DNA from: a virus
IMG/VR virus record: IMGVR_UViG_3300034069_000811
Span: 1-44,926 of that record
Length of the DNA: 44,926 nt
Strand: one strand, 5' to 3'
A program made the translations under genes and the position numbers. This document shows, piece by piece, positions 15,865 through 25,065 of this stretch; position 1 is the first letter of the stretch, and the number at the start of each line of letters is the position of its first letter. The notes beneath the pieces were generated by a model, which was not told where the DNA came from, searched no databases, and saw only the letters and a list, made by a program, of their open reading frames with translations.

Positions 15865-16188
15865 ATGGCCTGGAGCAAAGAAAGTCGGCAAAGTCGTGGT
15901 TACGGACGCGAATGGGAAAAAGTTCGCAAGTTCGTAATGGAGCGCGACAAAGGCCTATGTCAGGTGTGCAAGCGGGAAGGTCGGGTGGGCATGGCGCAGG
16001 CGGTCGACCACATCGTGCCGAAAGCCGAGGCGAAGCGGCTCAGGTGGAGCCAGACCAAGATGGACCATCCATCTAATCTCCAAGCCATCTGCCAACCGCA
16101 CCACGATCAGAAATCGGCGGAAGAAACCGGCCGCAGCTACAACCCGAAAGTGGAGATCGGCCTGGACGGATGGCCGGTGGAAAAGTAG
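15865..16188 (+). CDS. HNH endonuclease of the terminase-associated (HK97 gp74-like) type
   Basis: RGYGREWEKVR, CQVC, VDHIVP and NLQAICQPHHDQK are present. ATG 15865 has a GAGGTGG SD. The track start at 15802 lies inside the heptamer array. Confidence 0.85.
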   Translation: MAWSKESRQSRGYGREWEKVRKFVMERDKGLCQVCKREGRVGMAQAVDHIVPKAEAKRLRWSQTKMDHPSNLQAICQPHHDQKSAEETGRSYNPKVEIGLDGWPVEK

Positions 16189-16218
16189 TTGACAGATCGC
16201 GGGGGTATGGCTGAAAAT
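16189..16218 (+). promoter_or_regulatory. Sigma70-like promoter directly after the HNH stop codon
   Basis: TTGACA (16189-94), a 17-18 nt spacer, then TGAAAAT (16212-18). Confidence 0.55.
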
Positions 16219-16224
16219 AAGTCC

Positions 16225-16469
16225 CATGTTACGCGCTTCTGCCGGTGAAAACCGGTAGGTAATCTTCCGAAAGGCTGGCGCGGCGTCGGGAGCCTAAACC
16301 GAACGGGCCTTGCGTAGGTGGAACTACAAGAGTCGGGAAAGCCACCCGTTCCCTTCACGGGTCTATGTGAAGGGGGAGATGCGAAGACACCATATCTCTA
16401 GGGCTTACAGACCATCTGTACCGGGCGCGGCACGCACTGAGAACCCGCCACACGGCGGGTTTTCTTTTG
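16225..16469 (+). ncRNA. Candidate structured non-coding RNA or leader (about 245 nt, class unknown)
   Basis: It is bounded by the promoter above and an intrinsic terminator. There is no SD-preceded ORF. It contains a GAAA-capped 9-bp helix (16238-59) plus several further hairpins, three of them mutually exclusive. Confidence 0.45.
16442..16469 (+). terminator. Rho-independent terminator
   Basis: AACCCGCC-ACAC-GGCGGGTT (8 bp) followed by TTTCTTTTG. Confidence 0.8.
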
Positions 16470-16495
16470 CCCGTACCACATTTCCTGTGTAGAAT
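16466..16495 (+). promoter_or_regulatory. Candidate promoter for the 16540 operon
   Basis: TTTGCC (16466-71), an 18-nt spacer, TAGAAT (16490-95). GAGAGGA SD before ATG 16540. Confidence 0.4.
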
Positions 16496-16539
16496 CAAGC
16501 ATCCCTCCCGCTTTCACCACGTCAACCCGAGAGGATGCG

Positions 16540-16890
16540 ATGCCCGACAGCCCACCCGACAAAATCATCTTTGGCATTGGCCAAGGCTTTACCCGCGGCA
16601 TGGTCCGCTTGGCCGATGACACCTATGCCGACCGCTACGCCCCTGCGTTCGGTGCTGGCATCGTGACCGACAACACCGGCGAGTTCACGTTCGACACGGT
16701 GTCGCTCGCCAGCGCAATGACTTACGACTCCGACGGCAACCAGACGTCGATCATTTACGGCCCGGATCCCATGGGGCGTCGCATCATGCAGACCAGCCAG
16801 TGGCAAGGTGGCAACTTGATGTCGGACTCGGACTGGCAGTTGGTCGATGCGACCGGCAACCCGGTGAATGGTGACGGGAGCCCGAAATGA
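16540..16890 (+). CDS. Hypothetical protein (116 aa)
   Basis: ORF from the track with a good SD. 4-nt overlap with the collagen-like gene. Confidence 0.75.
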   Translation: MPDSPPDKIIFGIGQGFTRGMVRLADDTYADRYAPAFGAGIVTDNTGEFTFDTVSLASAMTYDSDGNQTSIIYGPDPMGRRIMQTSQWQGGNLMSDSDWQLVDATGNPVNGDGSPK

Positions 16891-18143
16891 CGGACGAGAA
16901 CCGGATCTACAAGCGGCTTCGAAATAACACCGTCCGCAACATCAAGGACGACACCGGCAAGACGGTGGCGATCGAGAGCGCGGACGGGACGCTTCGCCTG
17001 TCGACCACCGGCGAGGTGATGCAACCCGGACCTCGCGGTGAAGCCGGGCTGACGGGCCCCGCCGGTCCGCAAGGCCCCCAGGGCGCACCAGGAGCCCCAG
17101 GAAGCGACGGAAAGGACGGGGTAAGGGGTGCGGATGGTCTGAATGGTAAAGACGGCGCTACGGGCCCTGTAGGGGCTCAGGGGCCGGTCGGGCCGAAAGG
17201 TGATATCGGTGCTACCGGTCCGCGGGGCCAGCAAGGCGTTCCGGGCGACCCTGGCATGGACGGAGGTGTCGGTCCTGCGGGTCAAGCCGGGCCGGCCGGC
17301 CCTCAAGGCGCCAAGGGCGATGTTGGCCCGACTGGACCGGCCGGGCCCCAAGGATTGCGCGGGTACACCGGCGACACGGGAGCAACTGGCTCGATGGGGT
17401 TGACCGGTGCTCAAGGCCCGCAGGGCCTGCGTGGTGACCCAGGCGCTACGGGAGCGACAGGTCCGAAGGGGGATACCGGGGTTGCGGGTGCCGTTGGCCC
17501 GAAGGGCGATACCGGGGCGGTTGGCGCGACGGGACCAGCAGGATCAACCGGCGCTGTTGGCCCGAAAGGGGATACCGGCCCGGCAGGATCAACCGGTGCC
17601 AAAGGGGACACTGGCGCTACTGGCGCTACTGGTGCGAAAGGTGATACAGGAGCGGCGGGCGTTACCGGGTCGCAAGGGCCGATTGGCTTGACAGGAGCAA
17701 CAGGACCTGCAGGTCCAACCGGCGCTACTGGTGCGCAAGGTCCGAAGGGCGACACCGGCGCAACGGGACCGCAAGGGCCGGCGGCCACGGTGGTGCCGAT
17801 GGTTTACACTAACCCCACCCGGGCATTGAACACGGCTTTCCAGATCAGCAGCACGCGCGATGCGATGGCCACATACGCGGTCGACATCACGATCAATTCG
17901 CTGGTGACAATGGCCGAAGGCACGGTGTTCCTCGAATATGCGGACAACGCCGCCATGACGACGAACCTGGTCACGGTCGTGTCCAGCACCAGCCGGCTCG
18001 GCGGCGTGTTGAACATCGCCAATACCCAGACTGCAAACGTCGCCGGCATCATCCCGGCGGGCAAGTATGTCCGTATCCGCACCCTGGCAGCGGCAGGATC
18101 GCCAACTTTCGCTGGCAGGCAAGGTCAAGAGGTGCTAATCTAA
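16887..18143 (+). CDS. Collagen-like repeat protein with a C-terminal globular domain
   Basis: 418 aa. By hand count, 84 uninterrupted Gly-X-Y triplets (about aa 48-299, nt 17028-17783), followed by a roughly 119-aa non-repetitive C-terminus. Confidence 0.9.
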   Translation: MTDENRIYKRLRNNTVRNIKDDTGKTVAIESADGTLRLSTTGEVMQPGPRGEAGLTGPAGPQGPQGAPGAPGSDGKDGVRGADGLNGKDGATGPVGAQGPVGPKGDIGATGPRGQQGVPGDPGMDGGVGPAGQAGPAGPQGAKGDVGPTGPAGPQGLRGYTGDTGATGSMGLTGAQGPQGLRGDPGATGATGPKGDTGVAGAVGPKGDTGAVGATGPAGSTGAVGPKGDTGPAGSTGAKGDTGATGATGAKGDTGAAGVTGSQGPIGLTGATGPAGPTGATGAQGPKGDTGATGPQGPAATVVPMVYTNPTRALNTAFQISSTRDAMATYAVDITINSLVTMAEGTVFLEYADNAAMTTNLVTVVSSTSRLGGVLNIANTQTANVAGIIPAGKYVRIRTLAAAGSPTFAGRQGQEVLI

Positions 18144-18191
18144 AATTTGTGGTAAGCTAAAACTTGTTTCAACCCTCCTACAGGATCAATC

Positions 18192-18380
18192 ATGGATGCT
18201 CAGCAACGTTCGGTAATTGAAGCGCTCATAGCAAAGGACAATGTGTACGTTGATCCTTACCAAAAGGCTCAGCTCGTTCTTCAACTTGCGATTTTGGATG
18301 TTCTTCGTAGAGTTGAAAATAATTTGTACGCGCAAAACGTACCCACCCTCGCAGGAGATCTGACATGTTTCCGCAAATAG
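18192..18380 (+). CDS. Hypothetical protein (62 aa), lower GC
   Basis: ORF from the track with AT-richer composition. Confidence 0.6.
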   Translation: MDAQQRSVIEALIAKDNVYVDPYQKAQLVLQLAILDVLRRVENNLYAQNVPTLAGDLTCFRK

Positions 18381-18565
18381 AACAAGTGGTGTACGAGGTC
18401 GGCGATTCGGAAGACGATTACGACCTCATCGAGGATTGCTTGGCGCCAGGTGCGGTGATGCTGCCGGCTAAGGCCGTCGAATTGCTTATGCTCGAGCACG
18501 GCATCAGCGTGTTCGACTTGGCCGAGTGTGGCGGTGTGGTACGCGAGAAGGAGACGATGCAATGA
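18365..18565 (+). CDS. Hypothetical acidic protein (66 aa)
   Basis: ORF from the track. It overlaps the upstream ORF by 16 nt. Confidence 0.6.
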   Translation: MFPQIEQVVYEVGDSEDDYDLIEDCLAPGAVMLPAKAVELLMLEHGISVFDLAECGGVVREKETMQ

Positions 18566-19092
18566 GTGACTTCCTCAAAGCAGCAGCCAGTTATTACGGC
18601 GTGCCGGCTGACATCATCAGTAAGTCGGAGTTCTTCGCGGCCGATGGCCAGTCCACGTTTGTGGTCGAGATCCCGGTTAGCACTGAGGATATGTTGGGCA
18701 TTGCGGATCGCATGAAGATGATGCGGGCGGAGGCCCAAGCCCAGCATGAGCAAGTGCGGAAGGAGATGGAGTATCCGGTAGCAGGCAGAGAGTTGATGCG
18801 CGCCGAGTACAACGGCATGGACCAGGTCACGCGGGGGCGCTTCGGTTCGTTCGCGGCGTACATGGCATGGCGTATGACAGAAGGTGCGAAACTCGGCAAG
18901 GAAGAGAGGGCGCTTCCGGCATACGTGTTGCTTGGCCGGGATGAAGTGACCGAGTTGCAGCGTGCGGGAAGCGGTGTCGATCCTGTGTCTGGCAAGTACA
19001 TGGTGCAGATTGAGGACTTGACGCCGCAGCAGTTGGCCGCGCATTTCGGTGTGACGTCCAATGCCGATGACTTTGGAGGAATGCCGGGATGA
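18562..19092 (+). CDS. Hypothetical protein (176 aa)
   Basis: The internal ATG of track ORF 18526..19092 gives an ATGA overlap with the upstream stop. The protein starts MSDFLKAAASYYG. Confidence 0.7.
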   Translation: MSDFLKAAASYYGVPADIISKSEFFAADGQSTFVVEIPVSTEDMLGIADRMKMMRAEAQAQHEQVRKEMEYPVAGRELMRAEYNGMDQVTRGRFGSFAAYMAWRMTEGAKLGKEERALPAYVLLGRDEVTELQRAGSGVDPVSGKYMVQIEDLTPQQLAAHFGVTSNADDFGGMPG

Positions 19093-19295
19093 ACATTAAA
19101 CAATTCGACGAGGTGTGCGAGATGGCACGCCGTTTCGGTATCAGCTTCGATGAGGCCGCTGAACGGTTCATGCTTCACGGCACGGGCGAACAGACGAACC
19201 GCGAACGAGAGCGTGCGGAATGGAATGCACGTATTGATGCCAAGAAACGTGCGCAAAAATACGTAGAAAAGTTGTTAAAAAATAAAGTTGCTTAA
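19089..19295 (+). CDS. Hypothetical protein (68 aa)
   Basis: ORF from the track with an ATGA overlap with the upstream gene. Confidence 0.65.
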   Translation: MNIKQFDEVCEMARRFGISFDEAAERFMLHGTGEQTNRERERAEWNARIDAKKRAQKYVEKLLKNKVA

Positions 19296-19408
19296 ATTTT
19301 AAGCAGTTCGAGGGAGGGGCGGGTCGAAAGTGGCCGACGCCCCTCCGCATAGGACCGCGCACAGCCTCTTTTCGAACGCTAACTCACAACTCCCCAGGAG
19401 TAACTTTC

Positions 19409-19660
19409 ATGGAAGAAACAAAAATTACGGTGCTAGTCGCTTGCAAATCACCGCTCACCGAGAGCGATCTAGACTGGCTTGAGCAGGATATTACGAGCAG
19501 GCTTAGAACGTCCCTTGTGCAGAAACTTGCAAGCGTTGAATTTACAGTTGTCAGGATCAGTCCCGATGACGGCGCGCACTTGGACGGACAGCGGTTCGTG
19601 GTCGACCCGCAGCCCATGGTGCCGATCGACGTCGTCCCGCGCGTGCTTACGGTGATCTGA
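19409..19660 (+). CDS. Hypothetical protein (83 aa) immediately upstream of terS
   Basis: ORF from the track with a CAGGAG SD. Confidence 0.7.
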   Translation: MEETKITVLVACKSPLTESDLDWLEQDITSRLRTSLVQKLASVEFTVVRISPDDGAHLDGQRFVVDPQPMVPIDVVPRVLTVI

Positions 19661-19661
19661 C

Positions 19662-20135
19662 ATGGCCACCACTAAAACGCGCCAGGCCCGTTCGGACAGC
19701 GCCACCGCTGCTATCGACGCTGCCAAGAATGCCGCACTGCCCGATCTTCGACCCCCGCCCCACGTGCAACTTTCTGCCGCCGCCGAGCCTTATTTCAGCG
19801 ATATCGTGCGCGCACGCGCGAGAGACGAGTGGAACGAGCATCAATTGACCATTGCCGCGCAATTAGCGGAATGCATGGCCGAACAGGTCGATGTCGGGGC
19901 CGAACTGGCGATAGAAGGCCGGGTGCTGAAGAACGACAAGGGCACCCGCGTGGCAAATCCGCTCATCTCGATCATGGAGCAGCTGGCTCGCCGGCAAATG
20001 GCGCTGGGCCGCAGCCTGCAGATGATTGGCCGCGCCATCGGCGACCCGCGCAAGCCGCAAGGTAAGCGCCAGCTGGAGAAGACCGCCCGGGGGCTGCGCG
20101 GCGAGGTGGAGCAAGAGGACGATCTCCTCGCATGA
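19662..20135 (+). CDS. terS: Terminase small subunit (P27-family-like)
   Basis: 157 aa. Its position directly upstream of TerL with a 4-nt overlap, and its size and sequence character, are consistent with the P27 family. Confidence 0.8.
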   Translation: MATTKTRQARSDSATAAIDAAKNAALPDLRPPPHVQLSAAAEPYFSDIVRARARDEWNEHQLTIAAQLAECMAEQVDVGAELAIEGRVLKNDKGTRVANPLISIMEQLARRQMALGRSLQMIGRAIGDPRKPQGKRQLEKTARGLRGEVEQEDDLLA

Positions 20136-21757
20136 AAGTCCGCCCAACAGATTCGCCGGGGATTCGTAAGCCCGCCTTCCCATTCCCGGTCACCCGGGGC
20201 CAGAGGGTGGTGGCGTTTATCGAGAAACATTGCCCGGTGCCGGAAGGCGACCTGCTTGGTCAGCCGATGCGCCTGGAGCCATTCCAGATCGATTTCATTC
20301 TGGATGTCTACGACAACCCGCACGGTACCCACACGGCAATCCTTTCGATCGGCCGGAAGAACGGCAAGACGGGTCTGATTGCCGGCTTGCTCCTGGCGCA
20401 TATCGCGGGGCCCGAGGCGGTGGAGAATTCGCAAATCGTCAGCGGGGCGCTGTCCAAGGATCAGGCCTCGATCGTGTTCAAGCTGGCGCGTAAGATGGTC
20501 GAGAGCTCGAAAACCCTTGAGCCCCGGGTTCGGATCTTCCCGTCCACGAAGGCGCTGATCGGCACATCCAAGAACGTCGAATACAACGCCCTGTCGGCCG
20601 AGGCCAAGACCAAACACGGTTTGTCGCCCATCTTGGTCATCTTCGACGAGGCGGGTCAGATCCGTGGACCGACGAACGACTTCTACACCGCTTTGGTCAC
20701 GGCGCAGGGCGCCTATGACAACGCGATGAAGATCATCATCAGCACCCAGGCGCCAACCGACGCCGACCTGCTCTCGGTGATGATCGACAACCAGGCGAAA
20801 GATCCCGACCAGCATGTGGTGTGTCACGTTTACAGTAGCTTGATGGAGCGGCTGGGCGTGGACGGCAAGATGGAAGAGGTGCCGCTCGATGACGAGGAAG
20901 CTTGGGCGGCGTCAAATCCGGCGCTCGGCATTTTCCGGTCCCTGAACGATATGCGCAAGCTGGCGCGCGACGCCATGACGACGCCGTCCTTCGAGCCCGA
21001 ATTCCGGAACCTGAACTTGAACCAGCGGGTGGAGGCGGTAGCCCCGTTCGTGTCGCGCTCCATCTGGCAGGCCAATGGTGCGCTTCCCACGAATCGGCCA
21101 CGCCCCCGCGTCTACGGCGGACTGGACTTGTCCAGCGTCAGCGACCTGACCGCGGCGGTGCTGATCGACGCCGACGACGGCAGCGTCTACCCGACTTTCT
21201 GGCTCCCCGAAGAGGGCCTGCGCGAGCGCGCCAAGAAGGATAAGGTGAAGTACGACGTCTGGCACGACCAAGGTTTCCTGAAAACCACGCCAGGCAAGGC
21301 GATCCAGTACAAATTCGTGGCGCTGGAATTGCGCCGGATCTTCGACAACTTCGACGTTCAGCTGTTCGGATTCGACCGGTATTTGATGGCTTTCTTGAAG
21401 GAATGGATGCAGAAAGTTGACGAAAAGACAGGCAAACCCCTCTTTTCCGAAGAAGAACTTGCAAAATTCGTTGATTTCGGGCAGGGTACTGCAAGCATGA
21501 CGCCCGCGCTGCGGGATCTTGAGGTAAAATTACTCGAAGAACAACTGCGCCACGGAAACCACCCGATTCTGACCATGTGCTTTGCAAATGCGCGTGTGGT
21601 CGGCGACAGCGGGGCGCGGAAGTTCGACAAGAAGCACATTCGCGGTCGGATCGACGGCGCGGTGGCCGCAGCGATTGCCGTCGGCGTGATGCCGCAACCA
21701 GTGGAAGAGGAAGAAGGCACTTTGGACGATTGGCTCAACGACCCGGTGATGTTCTGA
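20132..21757 (+). CDS. terL: Terminase large subunit
   Basis: 541 aa. Walker A-like GRKNGKTG, Walker B-like ILVIFDEAG and a C-terminal nuclease region. Syntenic with the portal gene. Confidence 0.93.
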   Translation: MKVRPTDSPGIRKPAFPFPVTRGQRVVAFIEKHCPVPEGDLLGQPMRLEPFQIDFILDVYDNPHGTHTAILSIGRKNGKTGLIAGLLLAHIAGPEAVENSQIVSGALSKDQASIVFKLARKMVESSKTLEPRVRIFPSTKALIGTSKNVEYNALSAEAKTKHGLSPILVIFDEAGQIRGPTNDFYTALVTAQGAYDNAMKIIISTQAPTDADLLSVMIDNQAKDPDQHVVCHVYSSLMERLGVDGKMEEVPLDDEEAWAASNPALGIFRSLNDMRKLARDAMTTPSFEPEFRNLNLNQRVEAVAPFVSRSIWQANGALPTNRPRPRVYGGLDLSSVSDLTAAVLIDADDGSVYPTFWLPEEGLRERAKKDKVKYDVWHDQGFLKTTPGKAIQYKFVALELRRIFDNFDVQLFGFDRYLMAFLKEWMQKVDEKTGKPLFSEEELAKFVDFGQGTASMTPALRDLEVKLLEEQLRHGNHPILTMCFANARVVGDSGARKFDKKHIRGRIDGAVAAAIAVGVMPQPVEEEEGTLDDWLNDPVMF

Positions 21758-23043
21758 TGGCGATGCGCGCCAAAGCACAGGCCATGCTACGCAAAGCCGT
21801 GAGCTATGTGTCGCGCTCGTTCGGCCTTTCTGATGTTGAGGGGGCGCGTGAAGCGCTTGGCGGCAACAATCCGAGTGGTCAGAGCGTCACCGTCGACAGC
21901 GCCCTCCAGCTGTCCGTCATCTTCGCCGGCGTTCGCCTGGTGGCGCAGACGGTGGCCACGCTTCCATGCCTGGTGTACCGGAAAAAGAACGGCGGCGGGC
22001 GCGAGGTGGACACAGGCCACCCGCTTTATGCTCTCCTGCACGATTCCCCGAATGCTGACCAGACCGCGGTTGAGTTCTGGGAAGAGGTCATTACCTACAT
22101 CGCCCTACGCGGTCGCGCGCACATCCTCAAGACGTTCGATGTGACCGGCACGATCATCGCGCTGACGCCGCTGCACCCGGACCGAATGGGCGCGCGCCGG
22201 CTGCTGACGAACGGCACCTACATCTACCCGTATAACCACCCGGTGCGCGGTCTGGTCGAGTATAGCGAGAACGAGATCTGGCTCCAGCGCGGCTACCTGG
22301 GCTTGTCGGTGATCCAGTACGGCGCGCGCTCCATGGGCGCAGCCATGGCCAGCGAGAACGCGGCCAGCAAGTTGTTCGACAACGACATGCGCCCGATAGC
22401 GGTGCTCTCCCGCGACGAGTTCTTCACCAAGGATCAGCGTCGGCAGTTTAAGGAAGTCGTTGAAGACGGGATGTTGCAAACTCGCATCGGCGGTAACATG
22501 CGACTGATCGAAGGCGGCACCAAGTACCAGCAGCTTTCCCTCACCGCTGAGGACGCGCAGCTCTTGGAAACCCGCCAGTTCAGCGTCGAGGACCTGTGTC
22601 GGTGGATTGGTGTGCCCCCGTCCATGATCGGTCACGGCACCGCGGTGTCGAACTGGGGTACCGGCCGCGAGCAGATCAACCTGTCGTTCCTGCAATACGT
22701 CCTTGGCGCTTACACCGAGCGGCTCGAGCAGGGCATCACCAAGAACTTGTTGCGGCCGGAAGAACGCCGCCGGGTGTACGCCGAGTTCAGCGTCGAAGGG
22801 CTGCTGCGCGCGGACAGCGCCGGCCGCGCCACGTTCTACAGCACCATGGTGCAGAATGGGATCATGACCCGGAACGAGGTGCGCGAGCTGGAGAACTGGC
22901 CGACGAAAGAAGGCGGCGACGACCTGACTGTGCAGTCCAACTTGATTCCTGTATCATTGTTGGGGACGGCAAACACTTCCACCGATGCAATTAACAACCT
23001 GAAGCAGTTGCTCGGGATTGAGGAAAAGAGCGATGCGACGTAA
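21757..23043 (+). CDS. Portal protein, HK97 family
   Basis: The start MAMRAKAQ overlaps the terL stop (TGATG). GHPLYALLHDSPNADQTAVEFWE is typical of HK97-family portals. The track ORF extends upstream spuriously. Confidence 0.9.
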   Translation: MAMRAKAQAMLRKAVSYVSRSFGLSDVEGAREALGGNNPSGQSVTVDSALQLSVIFAGVRLVAQTVATLPCLVYRKKNGGGREVDTGHPLYALLHDSPNADQTAVEFWEEVITYIALRGRAHILKTFDVTGTIIALTPLHPDRMGARRLLTNGTYIYPYNHPVRGLVEYSENEIWLQRGYLGLSVIQYGARSMGAAMASENAASKLFDNDMRPIAVLSRDEFFTKDQRRQFKEVVEDGMLQTRIGGNMRLIEGGTKYQQLSLTAEDAQLLETRQFSVEDLCRWIGVPPSMIGHGTAVSNWGTGREQINLSFLQYVLGAYTERLEQGITKNLLRPEERRRVYAEFSVEGLLRADSAGRATFYSTMVQNGIMTRNEVRELENWPTKEGGDDLTVQSNLIPVSLLGTANTSTDAINNLKQLLGIEEKSDAT

Positions 23044-23731
23044 AGACACTGGCGGCATGCTGCACAAGCAGATCGCGTTCAAGGCCGAGGCGGTCAAGGA
23101 CGACGGTACCTTCTCGGGCTACGGCTCGGTGTTCGGCAACGTCGATAGCTACCGCGAAATCGTCGCGCCCGGCGCGTTCAAGTCGAGCCTGGCGGCGATC
23201 AAGTCCGCCGGCGACCCGCTGCCGGTGCTGTGGCAGCATAACCCCGACCAGCCCATCGGCGGCTATACCGATCTGGGCGAGGACGAGCGCGGCCTCAAGG
23301 TGTCCGGCTTCCTCCTCAAGGATGACGTGGCGCTGGCGCGCGAGGCCTATGCCTTGATGCGCGCGCGCGTGGTCAAGGGCCTGTCGATCGGCTACTACGT
23401 TCAGGGTGACTCCTACGACGAGAAGTCCAGTATCCGCACTTTGACGGAATTGGACTTGCGCGAGATCAGCGTCGTGACGTTCCCGGCCAACGAGCAGGCC
23501 CAGGTGGAGAACGTCAAGGCGGCGTTTCAGCAGATGCTCAAGGCCGGTCAACTACCGGCGCTCAAGGATTTCGAAGACTTCCTGCGTGAGGCAGGGTTTT
23601 CCAAAACGCAGGCCGCGTTTATCGCCAACAACGGCCTGTCGAAGCTGCATCGGGGTGAGCCCGACGGCGAAAAAGGCGACGCACTTATGACCGCATTGCG
23701 CGGTTTCAAACTCACCCCAACAGGAATCTAA
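23033..23731 (+). CDS. Prohead maturation protease, HK97 family
   Basis: FSGYGSVFGNVDSYREIVAPGAFK and PVLWQHN motifs are present. ATG 23033 has a GAGGAA SD. Confidence 0.9.
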   Translation: MRRKDTGGMLHKQIAFKAEAVKDDGTFSGYGSVFGNVDSYREIVAPGAFKSSLAAIKSAGDPLPVLWQHNPDQPIGGYTDLGEDERGLKVSGFLLKDDVALAREAYALMRARVVKGLSIGYYVQGDSYDEKSSIRTLTELDLREISVVTFPANEQAQVENVKAAFQQMLKAGQLPALKDFEDFLREAGFSKTQAAFIANNGLSKLHRGEPDGEKGDALMTALRGFKLTPTGI

Positions 23732-23732
23732 A

Positions 23733-25022
23733 ATGAAAATTCTCAAACTCCGGATCAAGTACTTCCTGCTCGAAATGCTGGCCATCGCGGCGCGTCCGCT
23801 CGGCCGTATGTTCTACACCAAGCTGGCGGCATTCGATGCCGATCCCGCGGAGGTGCTGAAAACCCTGAACCAGATCAGTGCCGACGTGAAGGCGGAAGGC
23901 GCCAAGGCCATCGAAATGGCCAAGAAGGCCGGCGACATGAGCGCCGAGCAGAAGGAAAAGATCGACGGCATGCTGCTGAAGCAGGGCGAACTGCAGGAAG
24001 CACTGCGCGAAGTGCAGCAGAAGCAGGCGCGCGCCGGTGAAGTCGACCAGGGCACCAAGTCGATGGGCCAGCAAGCCATTGAAAGCGACACCATCAAGTC
24101 GTTCGCTTCCAGCGGCCAGCGTCTGCGCAAGGGGCAGTCGCTCGAGATCGCCACCAAAGCGACCATTACCAGCGGCACCGCCGCCGGCGCGGGCAACGTC
24201 GGCCTGGCCATCGCGCCGGACCGCCGCACCGAGATCCTGCGCATTCCGGATCGTCGCTTCACCATCCGCGACCTGGTCGCCCCGGGCCAGACCTCGGCCC
24301 CGGTGATCATCTACCCGAAGGAAACCGGCTACACCAACAATGCCGCGCCGGTCGCCGAGGGCACTCGGAAGCCGCAGTCGGATATCTCGATGACGATCGT
24401 TACCGAGACCGTCAAGAAGCTGGCGACCTTCATGAAGGCCTCGACCGAGATTCTGTCTGACCTGCCGGCGCTGCGCTCGTTCATCGACTACCGTCTGCGC
24501 TATATGCTGCGTTTCCGCGAAGAAGCCCAGCTGCTGATGGGCTCGGGCGTCGGCAACAACCTGAACGGCATCTACACCCAGGCAACCGCCTACGCGGCCC
24601 CGACCGGCGCGACTGCACCCACCACCCCGATCGACAAGCTGCGCCTGGCCCTGCTGCAGGCCGAGCTGGCCGAGTTCCCGTCCGACGGCCTGGTGTTGCA
24701 CCCGACCGACTGGGCCAACATCGAGCTGCAGAAGGACACCCAAGGCCGCTACCTGATCGGCAATCCGCAAGGCACGATCGCACCGACCCTGTGGAACCGC
24801 CCGGTGGTCGCCACCCAGGCCATGACCGTAGGCCAGTTCCTCGCCGGCGCATTCCAGCTGGGTGCCCAGATCTTCGATCGTGAAGACGCGGCCGTCGTGA
24901 TCGCCACCGAAAACGAAGACGATTTCGTCCAGAACTTGGTGACGATTCTGATCGAGGAACGTCTGGCTCTTGCAGTTTACCGGCCCGAAGCGTTTGTAAA
25001 AGGGGCATTGGCCGTCGCGTAA
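23733..25022 (+). CDS. Major capsid protein, HK97 fold, with an N-terminal delta-like coiled-coil region
   Basis: 429 aa. It directly follows the protease gene, and its translation reads like an HK97-family capsid protein (from memory, not searched). Confidence 0.9.
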   Translation: MKILKLRIKYFLLEMLAIAARPLGRMFYTKLAAFDADPAEVLKTLNQISADVKAEGAKAIEMAKKAGDMSAEQKEKIDGMLLKQGELQEALREVQQKQARAGEVDQGTKSMGQQAIESDTIKSFASSGQRLRKGQSLEIATKATITSGTAAGAGNVGLAIAPDRRTEILRIPDRRFTIRDLVAPGQTSAPVIIYPKETGYTNNAAPVAEGTRKPQSDISMTIVTETVKKLATFMKASTEILSDLPALRSFIDYRLRYMLRFREEAQLLMGSGVGNNLNGIYTQATAYAAPTGATAPTTPIDKLRLALLQAELAEFPSDGLVLHPTDWANIELQKDTQGRYLIGNPQGTIAPTLWNRPVVATQAMTVGQFLAGAFQLGAQIFDREDAAVVIATENEDDFVQNLVTILIEERLALAVYRPEAFVKGALAVA

Positions 25023-25030
25023 CAAAACAA

Positions 25031-25065
25031 AAACCCCGGCTTGCGTCAACAGGTCGGGGTTTTCT
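25031..25065 (+). terminator. Rho-independent terminator after the capsid gene
   Basis: AAACCCCG ... CGGGGTTT stem followed by TTTCT. Confidence 0.65.

Noticed and set aside
16238-16345. Local resemblance of the RNA region to the c-di-GMP-I (GEMM-I) riboswitch. Strings such as CCGGUAGGUA, CGAAAG, GCCUAAACC and AAAGCC also occur in the Vc2 aptamer as I remember it.
   Set aside because: The hallmark conserved segments (GCACAGGGCAAA and GACGCAAAGCC) are absent. The shared strings are partly in a different order, and I could not draw the two-hairpin GEMM fold. My recollection of the reference sequence cannot be verified here. Only an Infernal search could settle it.
16310-16492. A 60-aa plus-strand ORF inside the candidate ncRNA region.
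   Set aside because: It has a non-ATG start without an SD, runs through the intrinsic terminator stem and U-tract, and its composition is not protein-like.
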